A stretch of 64,000 nucleotides of DNA from Marsupella aquatica (taxonomy: Eukaryota; Plantae; Marchantiophyta): assembly GCA_973895155.1 (NCBI GenBank), contig OZ316896.1, positions 1 through 64,000 of the forward strand, in the 5' to 3' direction. Below are positions 11,701 to 26,700 of this stretch, piece after piece; positions within the stretch are counted from its first letter, which is position 1; the number at the start of each line of letters is the position of its first letter. Under the pieces are notes generated by a model that did no database searches, was not told where the DNA came from, and saw nothing but the letters and a program-made list of their open reading frames with translations. The position numbers and the translations under genes are program-made.

Positions 11701-14700
11701 GCACCCCCAAAATTGGGGGCCACCCTCACCCTCAACCCCCATGGAACCCCTCCCCCACCCTCACCCCCAGCTCGTTACACCCCCAATGCTACAGTAGGGT
11801 TGGAGAGGCCCCCATGTGCACGCACCCCCAAAACTGGGGGCCATCCTCACCCTCAACCCCCATGGAACCCCTCCCCCACCCTCACCCCCAGCTCGTTACA
11901 CCCCCAATGCTCAATTAGGGTTGCACACGCCCCCATGTGCACGCACCCCCAAAACTGGGGGCCATCCTCACCCTCAACCCCCATGGAACCCCTCCCCCAC
12001 CCTCACCCCCAGCTCGTTACACCCCCAATGCTCAATTAGGGTTGCACACGCCCCCATGTGCACGCACCCCCAAAATTGGGGGCCATCCTCACCCTCAACC
12101 CCCATGGAACCCCTCCCCCACCCTCACCCCCAGCTCGTTACACCCCCAATGCTACAGTAGGGTTGCACACGCCCCCATGTGCACGCACCCCCAAAACTGG
12201 GGGCCACCCTCACCCTCAACCCCCATGGAACCCCTCCCCCACCCTCACCCCCTGCTCGTTACACCCCCAATGCTACAGTAGGGTTGCACACGCCCCCATG
12301 TGCACGCACCCCCAAAACTGGGGGCCACCCTCACCCTCAACCCCCATGGAACCCCTCCCCCACCCTCACCCCCAGCTCGTTACACCCCCAATGCTCAATT
12401 AGGGTTGCACACGCCCCCATGTGCACGCACCCCCAAAACTGGGGGCCACCCTCACCCTCAACCCCCATGGAACCCCTCCCCCACCCTCACCCCCAGCTCG
12501 TTACACCCCCAAAAGCTACAGTAGGGTGGCACTCGCCCCCTGGTACACGCACCCCGAAAATTGCGGGGTACCCCCACCCCTAGCCCCTCCAAAATGCGCA
12601 CACAACAAACTGGGGGTCAAACTCACCCCCAATATTCAATAATCATACCAGTACTTAAAAAACTGGTATGCCACATGTGAAAACTGGGGATGACACTCTA
12701 AACCCTAAACCATAAACCCTAAACCCTAAACGCTAACCCTTTTTTTTCTTTTTGCTATACTTGTCAAAAAAACGTGCTAGGCGAGCACGTAACGTTCCAA
12801 AACGTGCTATTTGCGCAAATCCACCAAAATGAAACGTTTTACCAATACTTTAAAAAAGTCAAAATTACATAAAAAGCCAACTACTCGTACCCCTAGTTGT
12901 GATCACCGCGTCGCGATAGGAGCGTGGACTCACTCCTAGTATGCATACATTGGGGGTGATTCACCCCCAATCTTGACCATCCTCACCCCCAATGCACGCA
13001 CCCCCAAAACTGGGGGCCACCCTCACCCTCAACCCCCATGGAACCCCTCCCCCACCCTCACCCCCAGCTCGTTACACCCCCAATGCTACATTAGGGTTGC
13101 ACACGCCCCCAATGCTACATTAGGGTTGCACACGCCCCCATGTGCACGCACCCCCAAAACTGGGGGCCACCCTCACCCTCAACCCCCATGGAACCCCTCC
13201 CCCTCCCTCACCCCCAGCTCGTTACACCCCCAATGCTCAATTAGGGTTGCACACGCCCCCATGTGCACGCACCCCCAAAACTGGGGGGCCATCCTCACCC
13301 TCAACCCCCATGGAACCCCTCCCCCACCCTCACCCCCAGCTCGTTACACCCCCAATGCTACAGTAGGGTTGAACAGGCCCCCATGTGCACGCACCCCCAA
13401 AACTGGGGGCCATCCTCACCCTCAACCCCCATGGAACCCCTCCCCCACCCTCACCCCCAGCTCGTTACACCCCCAATGCTACAGTAGGGTTGCACAGGCC
13501 CCCATGTGCACGCACCCCCAAAACTGGGGGCCATCCTCACCCTCAACCCCCATGGAACCCCTCCCCCACCCTCACCCCCAGCTCGTTACACCCCCAATGC
13601 TCAATTAGGGTTGCACACGCCCCCATGTGCACGCACCCCCAAAATTGGGGGCCACCCTCACCCTCAACCCCCATGGAACCCCTCCCCCACCCTCACCCCC
13701 AGCTCGTTACACCCCCAATGCTCAATTAGGGTTGCACACGCCCCCATGTGCACGCACCCCCAAAACTGGGGGCCATCCTCACCCTCAACCCCCATGGAAC
13801 CCCTCCCCCACCCTCACCCCCAGCTCGTTACACCCCCAATGCTACAGTAGGGTTGCACAGGCCCCCATGTGCACGCACCCCCAAAACTGGGGGCCATCCT
13901 CACCCTCAACCCCCATGGAACCCCTCCCCCACCCTCACCCCCAGCTCGTTACACCCCCAATGCTACAGTAGGGTTGCACAGGCCCCCATGTGCACGCACC
14001 CCCAAAACTGGGGGCCATCCTCACCCTCAACCCCCATGGAACCCCTCCCCCACCCTCACCCCCAGCTCGTTACACCCCCAATGCTCAATTAGGGTTGCAC
14101 ACGCCCCCATGTGCACGCACCCCCAAAATTGGGGGCCACCCTCACCCTCAACCCCCATGGAACCCCTCCCCCACCCTCACCCCCAGCTCGTTACACCCCC
14201 AATGCTACAGTAGGGTTGGAGAGGCCCCCATGTGCACGCACCCCCAAAACTGGGGGCCATCCTCACCCTCAACCCCCATGGAACCCCTCCCCCACCCTCA
14301 CCCCCAGCTCGTTACACCCCCAATGCTCAATTAGGGTTGCACACGCCCCCATGTGCACGCACCCCCAAAACTGGGGGCCATCCTCACCCTCAACCCCCAT
14401 GGAACCCCTCCCCCACCCTCACCCCCAGCTCGTTACACCCCCAATGCTCAATTAGGGTTGCACACGCCCCCATGTGCACGCACCCCCAAAATTGGGGGCC
14501 ATCCTCACCCTCAACCCCCATGGAACCCCTCCCCCACCCTCACCCCCAGCTCGTTACACCCCCAATGCTACAGTAGGGTTGCACACGCCCCCATGTGCAC
14601 GCACCCCCAAAACTGGGGGCCACCCTCACCCTCAACCCCCATGGAACCCCTCCCCCACCCTCACCCCCTGCTCGTTACACCCCCAATGCTACAGTAGGGT

Positions 14701-17700
14701 TGCACACGCCCCCATGTGCACGCACCCCCAAAACTGGGGGCCACCCTCACCCTCAACCCCCATGGAACCCCTCCCCCACCCTCACCCCCAGCTCGTTACA
14801 CCCCCAATGCTCAATTAGGGTTGCACACGCCCCCATGTGCACGCACCCCCAAAACTGGGGGCCACCCTCACCCTCAACCCCCATGGAACCCCTCCCCCAC
14901 CCTCACCCCCAGCTCGTTACACCCCCAAAAGCTACAGTAGGGTGGCACTCGCCCCCTGGTACACGCACCCCGAAAATTGCGGGGTACCCCCACCCCTAGC
15001 CCCTCCAAAATGCGCACACAACAAACTGGGGGTCAAACTCACCCCCAATATTCAATAATCATACCAGTACTTAAAAAACTGGTATGCCACATGTGAAAAC
15101 TGGGGATGACACTCTAAACCCTAAACCATAAACCCTAAACCCTAAACGCTAACCCTTTTTTTTCTTTTTGCTATACTTGTCAAAAAAACGTGCTAGGCGA
15201 GCACGTAACGTTCCAAAACGTGCTATTTGCGCAAATCCACCAAAATGAAACGTTTTACCAATACTTTAAAAAAGTCAAAATTACATAAAAAGCCAACTAC
15301 TCGTACCCCTAGTTGTGATCACCGCGTCGCGATAGGAGCGTGGACTCACTCCTAGTATGCATACATTGGGGGTGATTCACCCCCAATCTTGACCATCCTC
15401 ACCCCCAATGCACGCACCCCCAAAACTGGGGGCCACCCTCACCCTCAACCCCCATGGAACCCCTCCCCCACCCTCACCCCCAGCTCGTTACACCCCCAAT
15501 GCTACATTAGGGTTGCACACGCCCCCAATGCTACATTAGGGTTGCACACGCCCCCATGTGCACGCACCCCCAAAACTGGGGGCCACCCTCACCCTCAACC
15601 CCCATGGAACCCCTCCCCCTCCCTCACCCCCAGCTCGTTACACCCCCAATGCTCAATTAGGGTTGCACACGCCCCCATGTGCACGCACCCCCAAAACTGG
15701 GGGCCATCCTCACCCTCAACCCCCATGGAACCCCTCCCCCACCCTCACCCCCAGCTCGTTACACCCCCAATGCTACAGTAGGGTTGAACAGGCCCCCATG
15801 TGCACGCACCCCCAAAACTGGGGGCCATCCTCACCCTCAACCCCCATGGAACCCCTCCCCCACCCTCACCCCCAGCTCGTTACACCCCCAATGCTACAGT
15901 AGGGTTGCACAGGCCCCCATGTGCACGCACCCCCAAAACTGGGGGCCATCCTCACCCTCAACCCCCATGGAACCCCTCCCCCACCCTCACCCCCAGCTCG
16001 TTACACCCCCAATGCTCAATTAGGGTTGCACACGCCCCCATGTGCACGCACCCCCAAAATTGGGGGCCACCCTCACCCTCAACCCCCATGGAACCCCTCC
16101 CCCACCCTCACCCCCAGCTCGTTACACCCCCAATGCTCAATTAGGGTTGCACACGCCCCCATGTGCACGCACCCCCAAAACTGGGGGCCATCCTCACCCT
16201 CAACCCCCATGGAACCCCTCCCCCACCCTCACCCCCAGCTCGTTACACCCCCAATGCTACAGTAGGGTTGCACAGGCCCCCATGTGCACGCACCCCCAAA
16301 ACTGGGGGCCATCCTCACCCTCAACCCCCATGGAACCCCTCCCCCACCCTCACCCCCAGCTCGTTACACCCCCAATGCTACAGTAGGGTTGCACAGGCCC
16401 CCATGTGCACGCACCCCCAAAACTGGGGGCCATCCTCACCCTCAACCCCCATGGAACCCCTCCCCCACCCTCACCCCCAGCTCGTTACACCCCCAATGCT
16501 CAATTAGGGTTGCACACGCCCCCATGTGCACGCACCCCCAAAATTGGGGGCCACCCTCACCCTCAACCCCCATGGAACCCCTCCCCCACCCTCACCCCCA
16601 GCTCGTTACACCCCCAATGCTACAGTAGGGTTGGAGAGGCCCCCATGTGCACGCACCCCCAAAACTGGGGGCCATCCTCACCCTCAACCCCCATGGAACC
16701 CCTCCCCCACCCTCACCCCCAGCTCGTTACACCCCCAATGCTCAATTAGGGTTGCACACGCCCCCATGTGCACGCACCCCCAAAACTGGGGGCCATCCTC
16801 ACCCTCAACCCCCATGGAACCCCTCCCCCACCCTCACCCCCAGCTCGTTACACCCCCAATGCTCAATTAGGGTTGCACACGCCCCCATGTGCACGCACCC
16901 CCAAAATTGGGGGCCATCCTCACCCTCAACCCCCATGGAACCCCTCCCCCACCCTCACCCCCAGCTCGTTACACCCCCAATGCTACAGTAGGGTTGCACA
17001 CGCCCCCATGTGCACGCACCCCCAAAACTGGGGGCCACCCTCACCCTCAACCCCCATGGAACCCCTCCCCCACCCTCACCCCCTGCTCGTTACACCCCCA
17101 ATGCTACAGTAGGGTTGCACACGCCCCCATGTGCACGCACCCCCAAAACTGGGGGCCACCCTCACCCTCAACCCCCATGGAACCCCTCCCCCACCCTCAC
17201 CCCCAGCTCGTTACACCCCCAATGCTCAATTAGGGTTGCACACGCCCCCATGTGCACGCACCCCCAAAACTGGGGGCCACCCTCACCCTCAACCCCCATG
17301 GAACCCCTCCCCCACCCTCACCCCCAGCTCGTTACACCCCCAAAAGCTACAGTAGGGTGGCACTCGCCCCCTGGTACACGCACCCCGAAAATTGCGGGGT
17401 ACCCCCACCCCTAGCCCCTCCAAAATGCGCACACAACAAACTGGGGGTCAAACTCACCCCCAATATTCAATAATCATACCAGTACTTAAAAAACTGGTAT
17501 GCCACATGTGAAAACTGGGGATGACACTCTAAACCCTAAACCATAAACCCTAAACCCTAAACGCTAACCCTTTTTTTTCTTTTTGCTATACTTGTCAAAA
17601 AAACGTGCTAGGCGAGCACGTAACGTTCCAAAACGTGCTATTTGCGCAAATCCACCAAAATGAAACGTTTTACCAATACTTTAAAAAAGTCAAAATTACA

Positions 17701-20700
17701 TAAAAAGCCAACTACTCGTACCCCTAGTTGTGATCACCGCGTCGCGATAGGAGCGTGGACTCACTCCTAGTATGCATACATTGGGGGTGATTCACCCCCA
17801 ATCTTGACCATCCTCACCCCCAATGCACGCACCCCCAAAACTGGGGGCCACCCTCACCCTCAACCCCCATGGAACCCCTCCCCCACCCTCACCCCCAGCT
17901 CGTTACACCCCCAATGCTACATTAGGGTTGCACACGCCCCCAATGCTACATTAGGGTTGCACACGCCCCCATGTGCACGCACCCCCAAAACTGGGGGCCA
18001 CCCTCACCCTCAACCCCCATGGAACCCCTCCCCCTCCCTCACCCCCAGCTCGTTACACCCCCAATGCTCAATTAGGGTTGCACACGCCCCCATGTGCACG
18101 CACCCCCAAAACTGGGGGCCATCCTCACCCTCAACCCCCATGGAACCCCTCCCCCACCCTCACCCCCAGCTCGTTACACCCCCAATGCTACAGTAGGGTT
18201 GAACAGGCCCCCATGTGCACGCACCCCCAAAACTGGGGGCCATCCTCACCCTCAACCCCCATGGAACCCCTCCCCCACCCTCACCCCCAGCTCGTTACAC
18301 CCCCAATGCTACAGTAGGGTTGCACAGGCCCCCATGTGCACGCACCCCCAAAACTGGGGGCCATCCTCACCCTCAACCCCCATGGAACCCCTCCCCCACC
18401 CTCACCCCCAGCTCGTTACACCCCCAATGCTCAATTAGGGTTGCACACGCCCCCATGTGCACGCACCCCCAAAATTGGGGGCCACCCTCACCCTCAACCC
18501 CCATGGAACCCCTCCCCCACCCTCACCCCCAGCTCGTTACACCCCCAATGCTCAATTAGGGTTGCACACGCCCCCATGTGCACGCACCCCCAAAACTGGG
18601 GGCCATCCTCACCCTCAACCCCCATGGAACCCCTCCCCCACCCTCACCCCCAGCTCGTTACACCCCCAATGCTACAGTAGGGTTGCACAGGCCCCCATGT
18701 GCACGCACCCCCAAAACTGGGGGCCATCCTCACCCTCAACCCCCATGGAACCCCTCCCCCACCCTCACCCCCAGCTCGTTACACCCCCAATGCTACAGTA
18801 GGGTTGCACAGGCCCCCATGTGCACGCACCCCCAAAACTGGGGGCCATCCTCACCCTCAACCCCCATGGAACCCCTCCCCCACCCTCACCCCCAGCTCGT
18901 TACACCCCCAATGCTCAATTAGGGTTGCACACGCCCCCATGTGCACGCACCCCCAAAATTGGGGGCCACCCTCACCCTCAACCCCCATGGAACCCCTCCC
19001 CCACCCTCACCCCCAGCTCGTTACACCCCCAATGCTACAGTAGGGTTGGAGAGGCCCCCATGTGCACGCACCCCCAAAACTGGGGGCCATCCTCACCCTC
19101 AACCCCCATGGAACCCCTCCCCCACCCTCACCCCCAGCTCGTTACACCCCCAATGCTCAATTAGGGTTGCACACGCCCCCATGTGCACGCACCCCCAAAA
19201 CTGGGGGCCATCCTCACCCTCAACCCCCATGGAACCCCTCCCCCACCCTCACCCCCAGCTCGTTACACCCCCAATGCTCAATTAGGGTTGCACACGCCCC
19301 CATGTGCACGCACCCCCAAAATTGGGGGCCATCCTCACCCTCAACCCCCATGGAACCCCTCCCCCACCCTCACCCCCAGCTCGTTACACCCCCAATGCTA
19401 CAGTAGGGTTGCACACGCCCCCATGTGCACGCACCCCCAAAACTGGGGGCCACCCTCACCCTCAACCCCCATGGAACCCCTCCCCCACCCTCACCCCCTG
19501 CTCGTTACACCCCCAATGCTACAGTAGGGTTGCACACGCCCCCATGTGCACGCACCCCCAAAACTGGGGGCCACCCTCACCCTCAACCCCCATGGAACCC
19601 CTCCCCCACCCTCACCCCCAGCTCGTTACACCCCCAATGCTCAATTAGGGTTGCACACGCCCCCATGTGCACGCACCCCCAAAACTGGGGGCCACCCTCA
19701 CCCTCAACCCCCATGGAACCCCTCCCCCACCCTCACCCCCAGCTCGTTACACCCCCAAAAGCTACAGTAGGGTGGCACTCGCCCCCTGGTACACGCACCC
19801 CGAAAATTGCGGGGTACCCCCACCCCTAGCCCCTCCAAAATGCGCACACAACAAACTGGGGGTCAAACTCACCCCCAATATTCAATAATCATACCAGTAC
19901 TTAAAAAACTGGTATGCCACATGTGAAAACTGGGGATGACACTCTAAACCCTAAACCATAAACCCTAAACCCTAAACGCTAACCCTTTTTTTTCTTTTTG
20001 CTATACTTGTCAAAAAAACGTGCTAGGCGAGCACGTAACGTTCCAAAACGTGCTATTTGCGCAAATCCACCAAAATGAAACGTTTTACCAATACTTTAAA
20101 AAAGTCAAAATTACATAAAAAGCCAACTACTCGTACCCCTAGTTGTGATCACCGCGTCGCGATAGGAGCGTGGACTCACTCCTAGTATGCATACATTGGG
20201 GGTGATTCACCCCCAATCTTGACCATCCTCACCCCCAATGCACGCACCCCCAAAACTGGGGGCCACCCTCACCCTCAACCCCCATGGAACCCCTCCCCCA
20301 CCCTCACCCCCAGCTCGTTACACCCCCAATGCTACATTAGGGTTGCACACGCCCCCAATGCTACATTAGGGTTGCACACGCCCCCATGTGCACGCACCCC
20401 CAAAACTGGGGGCCACCCTCACCCTCAACCCCCATGGAACCCCTCCCCCTCCCTCACCCCCAGCTCGTTACACCCCCAATGCTCAATTAGGGTTGCACAC
20501 GCCCCCATGTGCACGCACCCCCAAAACTGGGGGCCATCCTCACCCTCAACCCCCATGGAACCCCTCCCCCACCCTCACCCCCAGCTCGTTACACCCCCAA
20601 TGCTACAGTAGGGTTGAACAGGCCCCCATGTGCACGCACCCCCAAAACTGGGGGCCATCCTCACCCTCAACCCCCATGGAACCCCTCCCCCACCCTCACC

Positions 20701-23700
20701 CCCAGCTCGTTACACCCCCAATGCTACAGTAGGGTTGCACAGGCCCCCATGTGCACGCACCCCCAAAACTGGGGGCCATCCTCACCCTCAACCCCCATGG
20801 AACCCCTCCCCCACCCTCACCCCCAGCTCGTTACACCCCCAATGCTCAATTAGGGTTGCACACGCCCCCATGTGCACGCACCCCCAAAATTGGGGGCCAC
20901 CCTCACCCTCAACCCCCATGGAACCCCTCCCCCACCCTCACCCCCAGCTCGTTACACCCCCAATGCTCAATTAGGGTTGCACACGCCCCCATGTGCACGC
21001 ACCCCCAAAACTGGGGGCCATCCTCACCCTCAACCCCCATGGAACCCCTCCCCCACCCTCACCCCCAGCTCGTTACACCCCCAATGCTACAGTAGGGTTG
21101 CACAGGCCCCCATGTGCACGCACCCCCAAAACTGGGGGCCATCCTCACCCTCAACCCCCATGGAACCCCTCCCCCACCCTCACCCCCAGCTCGTTACACC
21201 CCCAATGCTACAGTAGGGTTGCACAGGCCCCCATGTGCACGCACCCCCAAAACTGGGGGCCATCCTCACCCTCAACCCCCATGGAACCCCTCCCCCACCC
21301 TCACCCCCAGCTCGTTACACCCCCAATGCTCAATTAGGGTTGCACACGCCCCCATGTGCACGCACCCCCAAAATTGGGGGCCACCCTCACCCTCAACCCC
21401 CATGGAACCCCTCCCCCACCCTCACCCCCAGCTCGTTACACCCCCAATGCTACAGTAGGGTTGGAGAGGCCCCCATGTGCACGCACCCCCAAAACTGGGG
21501 GCCATCCTCACCCTCAACCCCCATGGAACCCCTCCCCCACCCTCACCCCCAGCTCGTTACACCCCCAATGCTCAATTAGGGTTGCACACGCCCCCATGTG
21601 CACGCACCCCCAAAACTGGGGGCCATCCTCACCCTCAACCCCCATGGAACCCCTCCCCCACCCTCACCCCCAGCTCGTTACACCCCCAATGCTCAATTAG
21701 GGTTGCACACGCCCCCATGTGCACGCACCCCCAAAATTGGGGGCCATCCTCACCCTCAACCCCCATGGAACCCCTCCCCCACCCTCACCCCCAGCTCGTT
21801 ACACCCCCAATGCTACAGTAGGGTTGCACACGCCCCCATGTGCACGCACCCCCAAAACTGGGGGCCACCCTCACCCTCAACCCCCATGGAACCCCTCCCC
21901 CACCCTCACCCCCTGCTCGTTACACCCCCAATGCTACAGTAGGGTTGCACACGCCCCCATGTGCACGCACCCCCAAAACTGGGGGCCACCCTCACCCTCA
22001 ACCCCCATGGAACCCCTCCCCCACCCTCACCCCCAGCTCGTTACACCCCCAATGCTCAATTAGGGTTGCACACGCCCCCATGTGCACGCACCCCCAAAAC
22101 TGGGGGCCACCCTCACCCTCAACCCCCATGGAACCCCTCCCCCACCCTCACCCCCAGCTCTTACACCCCCAATGCTCAATTAGGGTTGCACACGCCCCCA
22201 TGTGCACGCACCCCCAAAACTGGGGGCCATCCTCACCCTCAACCCCCATGGAACCCCTCCCCCACCCTCACCCCCAGCTCGTTACACCCCCAATGCTACA
22301 GTAGGGTTGCACAGGCCCCCATGTGCACGCACCCCCAAAACTGGGGGCCATCCTCACCCTCAACCCCCATGGAACCCCTCCCCCACCCTCACCCCCAGCT
22401 CGTTACACCCCCAATGCTCAATTAGGGTTGCACACGCCCCCATGTGCACGCACCCCCAAAACTGGGGGCCATCCTCACCCTCAACCCCCATGGAACCCCT
22501 CCCCCACCCTCACCCCCAGCTCGTTACACCCCCAATGCTACAGTAGGGTTGCACAGGCCCCCATGTGCACGCACCCCCAAAACTGGGGGCCATCCTCACC
22601 CTCAACCCCCATGGAACCCCTCCCCCACCCTCACCCCCAGCTCGTTACACCCCCAATGCTCAATTAGGGTTGCACACGCCCCCATGTGCACGCACCCCAA
22701 AATTGGGGGCCACCCTCACCCTCAACCCCCATGGAACCCCTCCCCCACCCTCACCCCCAGCTCGTTACACCCCCAATGCTACAGTAGGGTTGGAGAGGCC
22801 CCCATGTGCACGCACCCCCAAAACTGGGGGCCATCCTCACCCTCAACCCCCATGGAACCCCTCCCCCACCCTCACCCCCAGCTCGTTACACCCCCAATGC
22901 TCAATTAGGGTTGCACAGGCCCCCATGTGCACGCACCCCCAAAACTGGGGGCCATCCTCACCCTCAACCCCCATGGAACCCCTCCCCCACCCTCACCCCC
23001 AGCTCGTTACACCCCCAATGCTACAGTAGGGTTGCACAGGCCCCCATGTGCACGCACCCCCAAAACTGGGGGCCATCCTCACCCTCAACCCCCATGGAAC
23101 CCCTCCCCCACCCTCACCCCCAGCTCGTTACACCCCCAATGCTACAGTAGGGTTGCACAGGCCCCCATGTGCACGCACCCCCAAAACTGGGGGCCATCCT
23201 CACCCTCAACCCCCATGGAACCCCTCCCCCACCCTCACCCCCAGCTCGTTACACCCCCAATGCTCAATTAGGGTTGCACACGCCCCCATGTGCACGCACC
23301 CCCAAAATTGGGGGCCACCCTCACCCTCAACCCCCATGGAACCCCTCCCCCACCCTCACCCCCAGCTCGTTACACCCCCAATGCTACAGTAGGGTTGGAG
23401 AGGCCCCCATGTGCACGCACCCCCAAAACTGGGGGCCATCCTCACCCTCAACCCCCATGGAACCCCTCCCCCACCCTCACCCCCAGCTCGTTACACCCCC
23501 AATGCTCAATTAGGGTTGCACACGCCCCCATGTGCACGCACCCCCAAAATTGGGGGCCACCCTCACCCTCAACCCCCATGGAACCCCTCCCCCACCCTCA
23601 CCCCCAGCTCGTTACACCCCCAATGCTACATTAGGGTTGCACACGCCCCCATGTGCACGCACCCCCAAAACTGGGGGCCACCCTCACCCTCAACCCCCAT

Positions 23701-26700
23701 GGAACCCCTCCCCCTCCCTCACCCCCAGCTCGTTACACCCCCAATGCTCAATTAGGGTTGCACACGCCCCCATGTGCACGCACCCCCAAAACTGGGGGCC
23801 ATCCTCACCCTCAACCCCCATGGAACCCCTCCCCCACCCTCACCCCCAGCTCGTTACACCCCCAATGCTACAGTAGGGTTGAACAGGCCCCCATGTGCAC
23901 GCACCCCCAAAACTGGGGGCCATCCTCACCCTCAACCCCCATGGAACCCCTCCCCCACCCTCACCCCCAGCTCGTTACACCCCCAATGCTACAGTAGGGT
24001 TGCACAGGCCCCCATGTGCACGCACCCCCAAAACTGGGGGCCATCCTCACCCTCAACCCCCATGGAACCCCTCCCCCACCCTCACCCCCAGCTCGTTACA
24101 CCCCCAATGCTACAGTAGGGTTGCACACGCCCCCATGTGCACGCACCCCCAAAACTGGGGGCCACCCTCACCCTCAACCCCCATGGAACCCCTCCCCCAC
24201 CCTCACCCCCTGCTCGTTACACCCCCAATGCTACAGTAGGGTTGCACACGCCCCCATGTGCACGCACCCCCAAAATTGGGGGCCACCCTCACCCTCAACC
24301 CCCATGGAACCCCTCCCCCACCCTCACCCCCAGCTCGTTACACCCCCAATGCTACAGTAGGGTTGGAGAGGCCCCCATGTGCACGCACCCCCAAAACTGG
24401 GGGCCATCCTCACCCTCAACCCCCATGGAACCCCTCCCCCACCCTCACCCCCAGCTCGTTACACCCCCAATGCTCAATTAGGGTTGCACACGCCCCCATG
24501 TGCACGCACCCCCAAAATTGGGGGCCATCCTCACCCTCAACCCCCATGGAACCCCTCCCCCACCCTCACCCCCAGCTCGTTACACCCCCAATGCTACAGT
24601 AGGGTTGCACACGCCCCCATGTGCACGCACCCCCAAAACTGGGGGCCACCCTCACCCTCAACCCCCATGGAACCCCTCCCCCACCCTCACCCCCTGCTCG
24701 TTACACCCCCAATGCTACAGTAGGGTTGCACACGCCCCCATGTGCACGCACCCCCAAAACTGGGGGCCACCCTCACCCTCAACCCCCATGGAACCCCTCC
24801 CCCACCCTCACCCCCAGCTCGTTACACCCCCAATGCTCAATTAGGGTTGCACACGCCCCCATGTGCACGCACCCCCAAAACTGGGGGCCACCCTCACCCT
24901 CAACCCCCATGGAACCCCTCCCCCACCCTCACCCCCAGCTCGTTACACCCCCAAAAGCTACAGTAGGGTGGCACTCGCCCCCTGGTACACGCACCCCGAA
25001 AATTGCGGGGTACCCCCACCCCTAGCCCCTCCAAAATGCGCACACAACAAACTGGGGGTCAAACTCACCCCCAATATTCAATAATCATACCAGTACTTAA
25101 AAAACTGGTATGCCACATGTGAAAACTGGGGATGACACTCTAAACCCTAAACCATAAACCCTAAACCCTAAACGCTAACCCTTTTTTTTCTTTTTGCTAT
25201 ACTTGTCAAAAAAACGTGCTAGGCGAGCACGTAACGTTCCAAAACGTGCTATTTGCGCAAATCCACCAAAATGAAACGTTTTACCAATACTTTAAAAAAG
25301 TCAAAATTACATAAAAAGCCAACTACTCGTACCCCTAGTTGTGATCACCGCGTCGCGATAGGAGCGTGGACTCACTCCTAGTATGCATACATTGGGGGTG
25401 ATTCACCCCCAATCTTGACCATCCTCACCCCCAATGCACGCACCCCCAAAACTGGGGGCCACCCTCACCCTCAACCCCCATGGAACCCCTCCCCCACCCT
25501 CACCCCCAGCTCGTTACACCCCCAATGCTACATTAGGGTTGCACACGCCCCCATGTGCACGCACCCCCAAAACTGGGGGCCACCCTCACCCTCAACCCCC
25601 ATGGAACCCCTCCCCCTCCCTCACCCCCAGCTCGTTACACCCCCAATGCTCAATTAGGGTTGCACACGCCCCCATGTGCACGCACCCCCAAAACTGGGGG
25701 CCATCCTCACCCTCAACCCCCATGGAACCCCTCCCCCACCCTCACCCCCAGCTCGTTACACCCCCAATGCTACAGTAGGGTTGAACAGGCCCCCATGTGC
25801 ACGCACCCCCAAAACTGGGGGCCATCCTCACCCTCAACCCCCATGGAACCCCTCCCCCACCCTCACCCCCAGCTCGTTACACCCCCAATGCTACAGTAGG
25901 GTTGCACAGGCCCCCATGTGCACGCACCCCCAAAACTGGGGGCCATCCTCACCCTCAACCCCCATGGAACCCCTCCCCCACCCTCACCCCCAGCTCGTTA
26001 CACCCCCAATGCTCAATTAGGGTTGCACACGCCCCCATGTGCACGCACCCCCAAAATTGGGGGCCATCCTCACCCTCAACCCCCATGGAACCCCTCCCCC
26101 ACCCTCACCCCCAGCTCGTTACACCCCCAATGCTCAATTAGGGTTGCACACGCCCCCATGTGCACGCACCCCCAAAATTGGGGGCCACCCTCACCCTCAA
26201 CCCCCATGGAACCCCTCCCCCACCCTCACCCCCAGCTCGTTACACCCCCAATGCTACAGTAGGGTTGGAGAGGCCCCCATGTGCACGCACCCCCAAAACT
26301 GGGGGCCATCCTCACCCTCAACCCCCATGGAACCCCTCCCCCACCCTCACCCCCAGCTCGTTACACCCCCAATGCTACATTAGGGTTGCACACGCCCCCA
26401 TGTGCACGCACCCCCAAAACTGGGGGCCACCCTCACCCTCAACCCCCATGGAACCCCTCCCCCTCCCTCACCCCCAGCTCGTTACACCCCCAATGCTCAA
26501 TTAGGGTTGCACACGCCCCCATGTGCACGCACCCCCAAAACTGGGGGCCATCCTCACCCTCAACCCCCATGGAACCCCTCCCCCACCCTCACCCCCAGCT
26601 CGTTACACCCCCAATGCTACAGTAGGGTTGAACAGGCCCCCATGTGCACGCACCCCCAAAACTGGGGGCCATCCTCACCCTCAACCCCCATGGAACCCCT

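Noticed and set aside
10131-22700. Single-base indels in monomers (~10135, ~11392, ~13285, ~22696) that lengthen ORFs to 154-211 aa
   Set aside because: These are singletons in C/G homopolymers, so they are likely sequencing error or slippage with no coding meaning.
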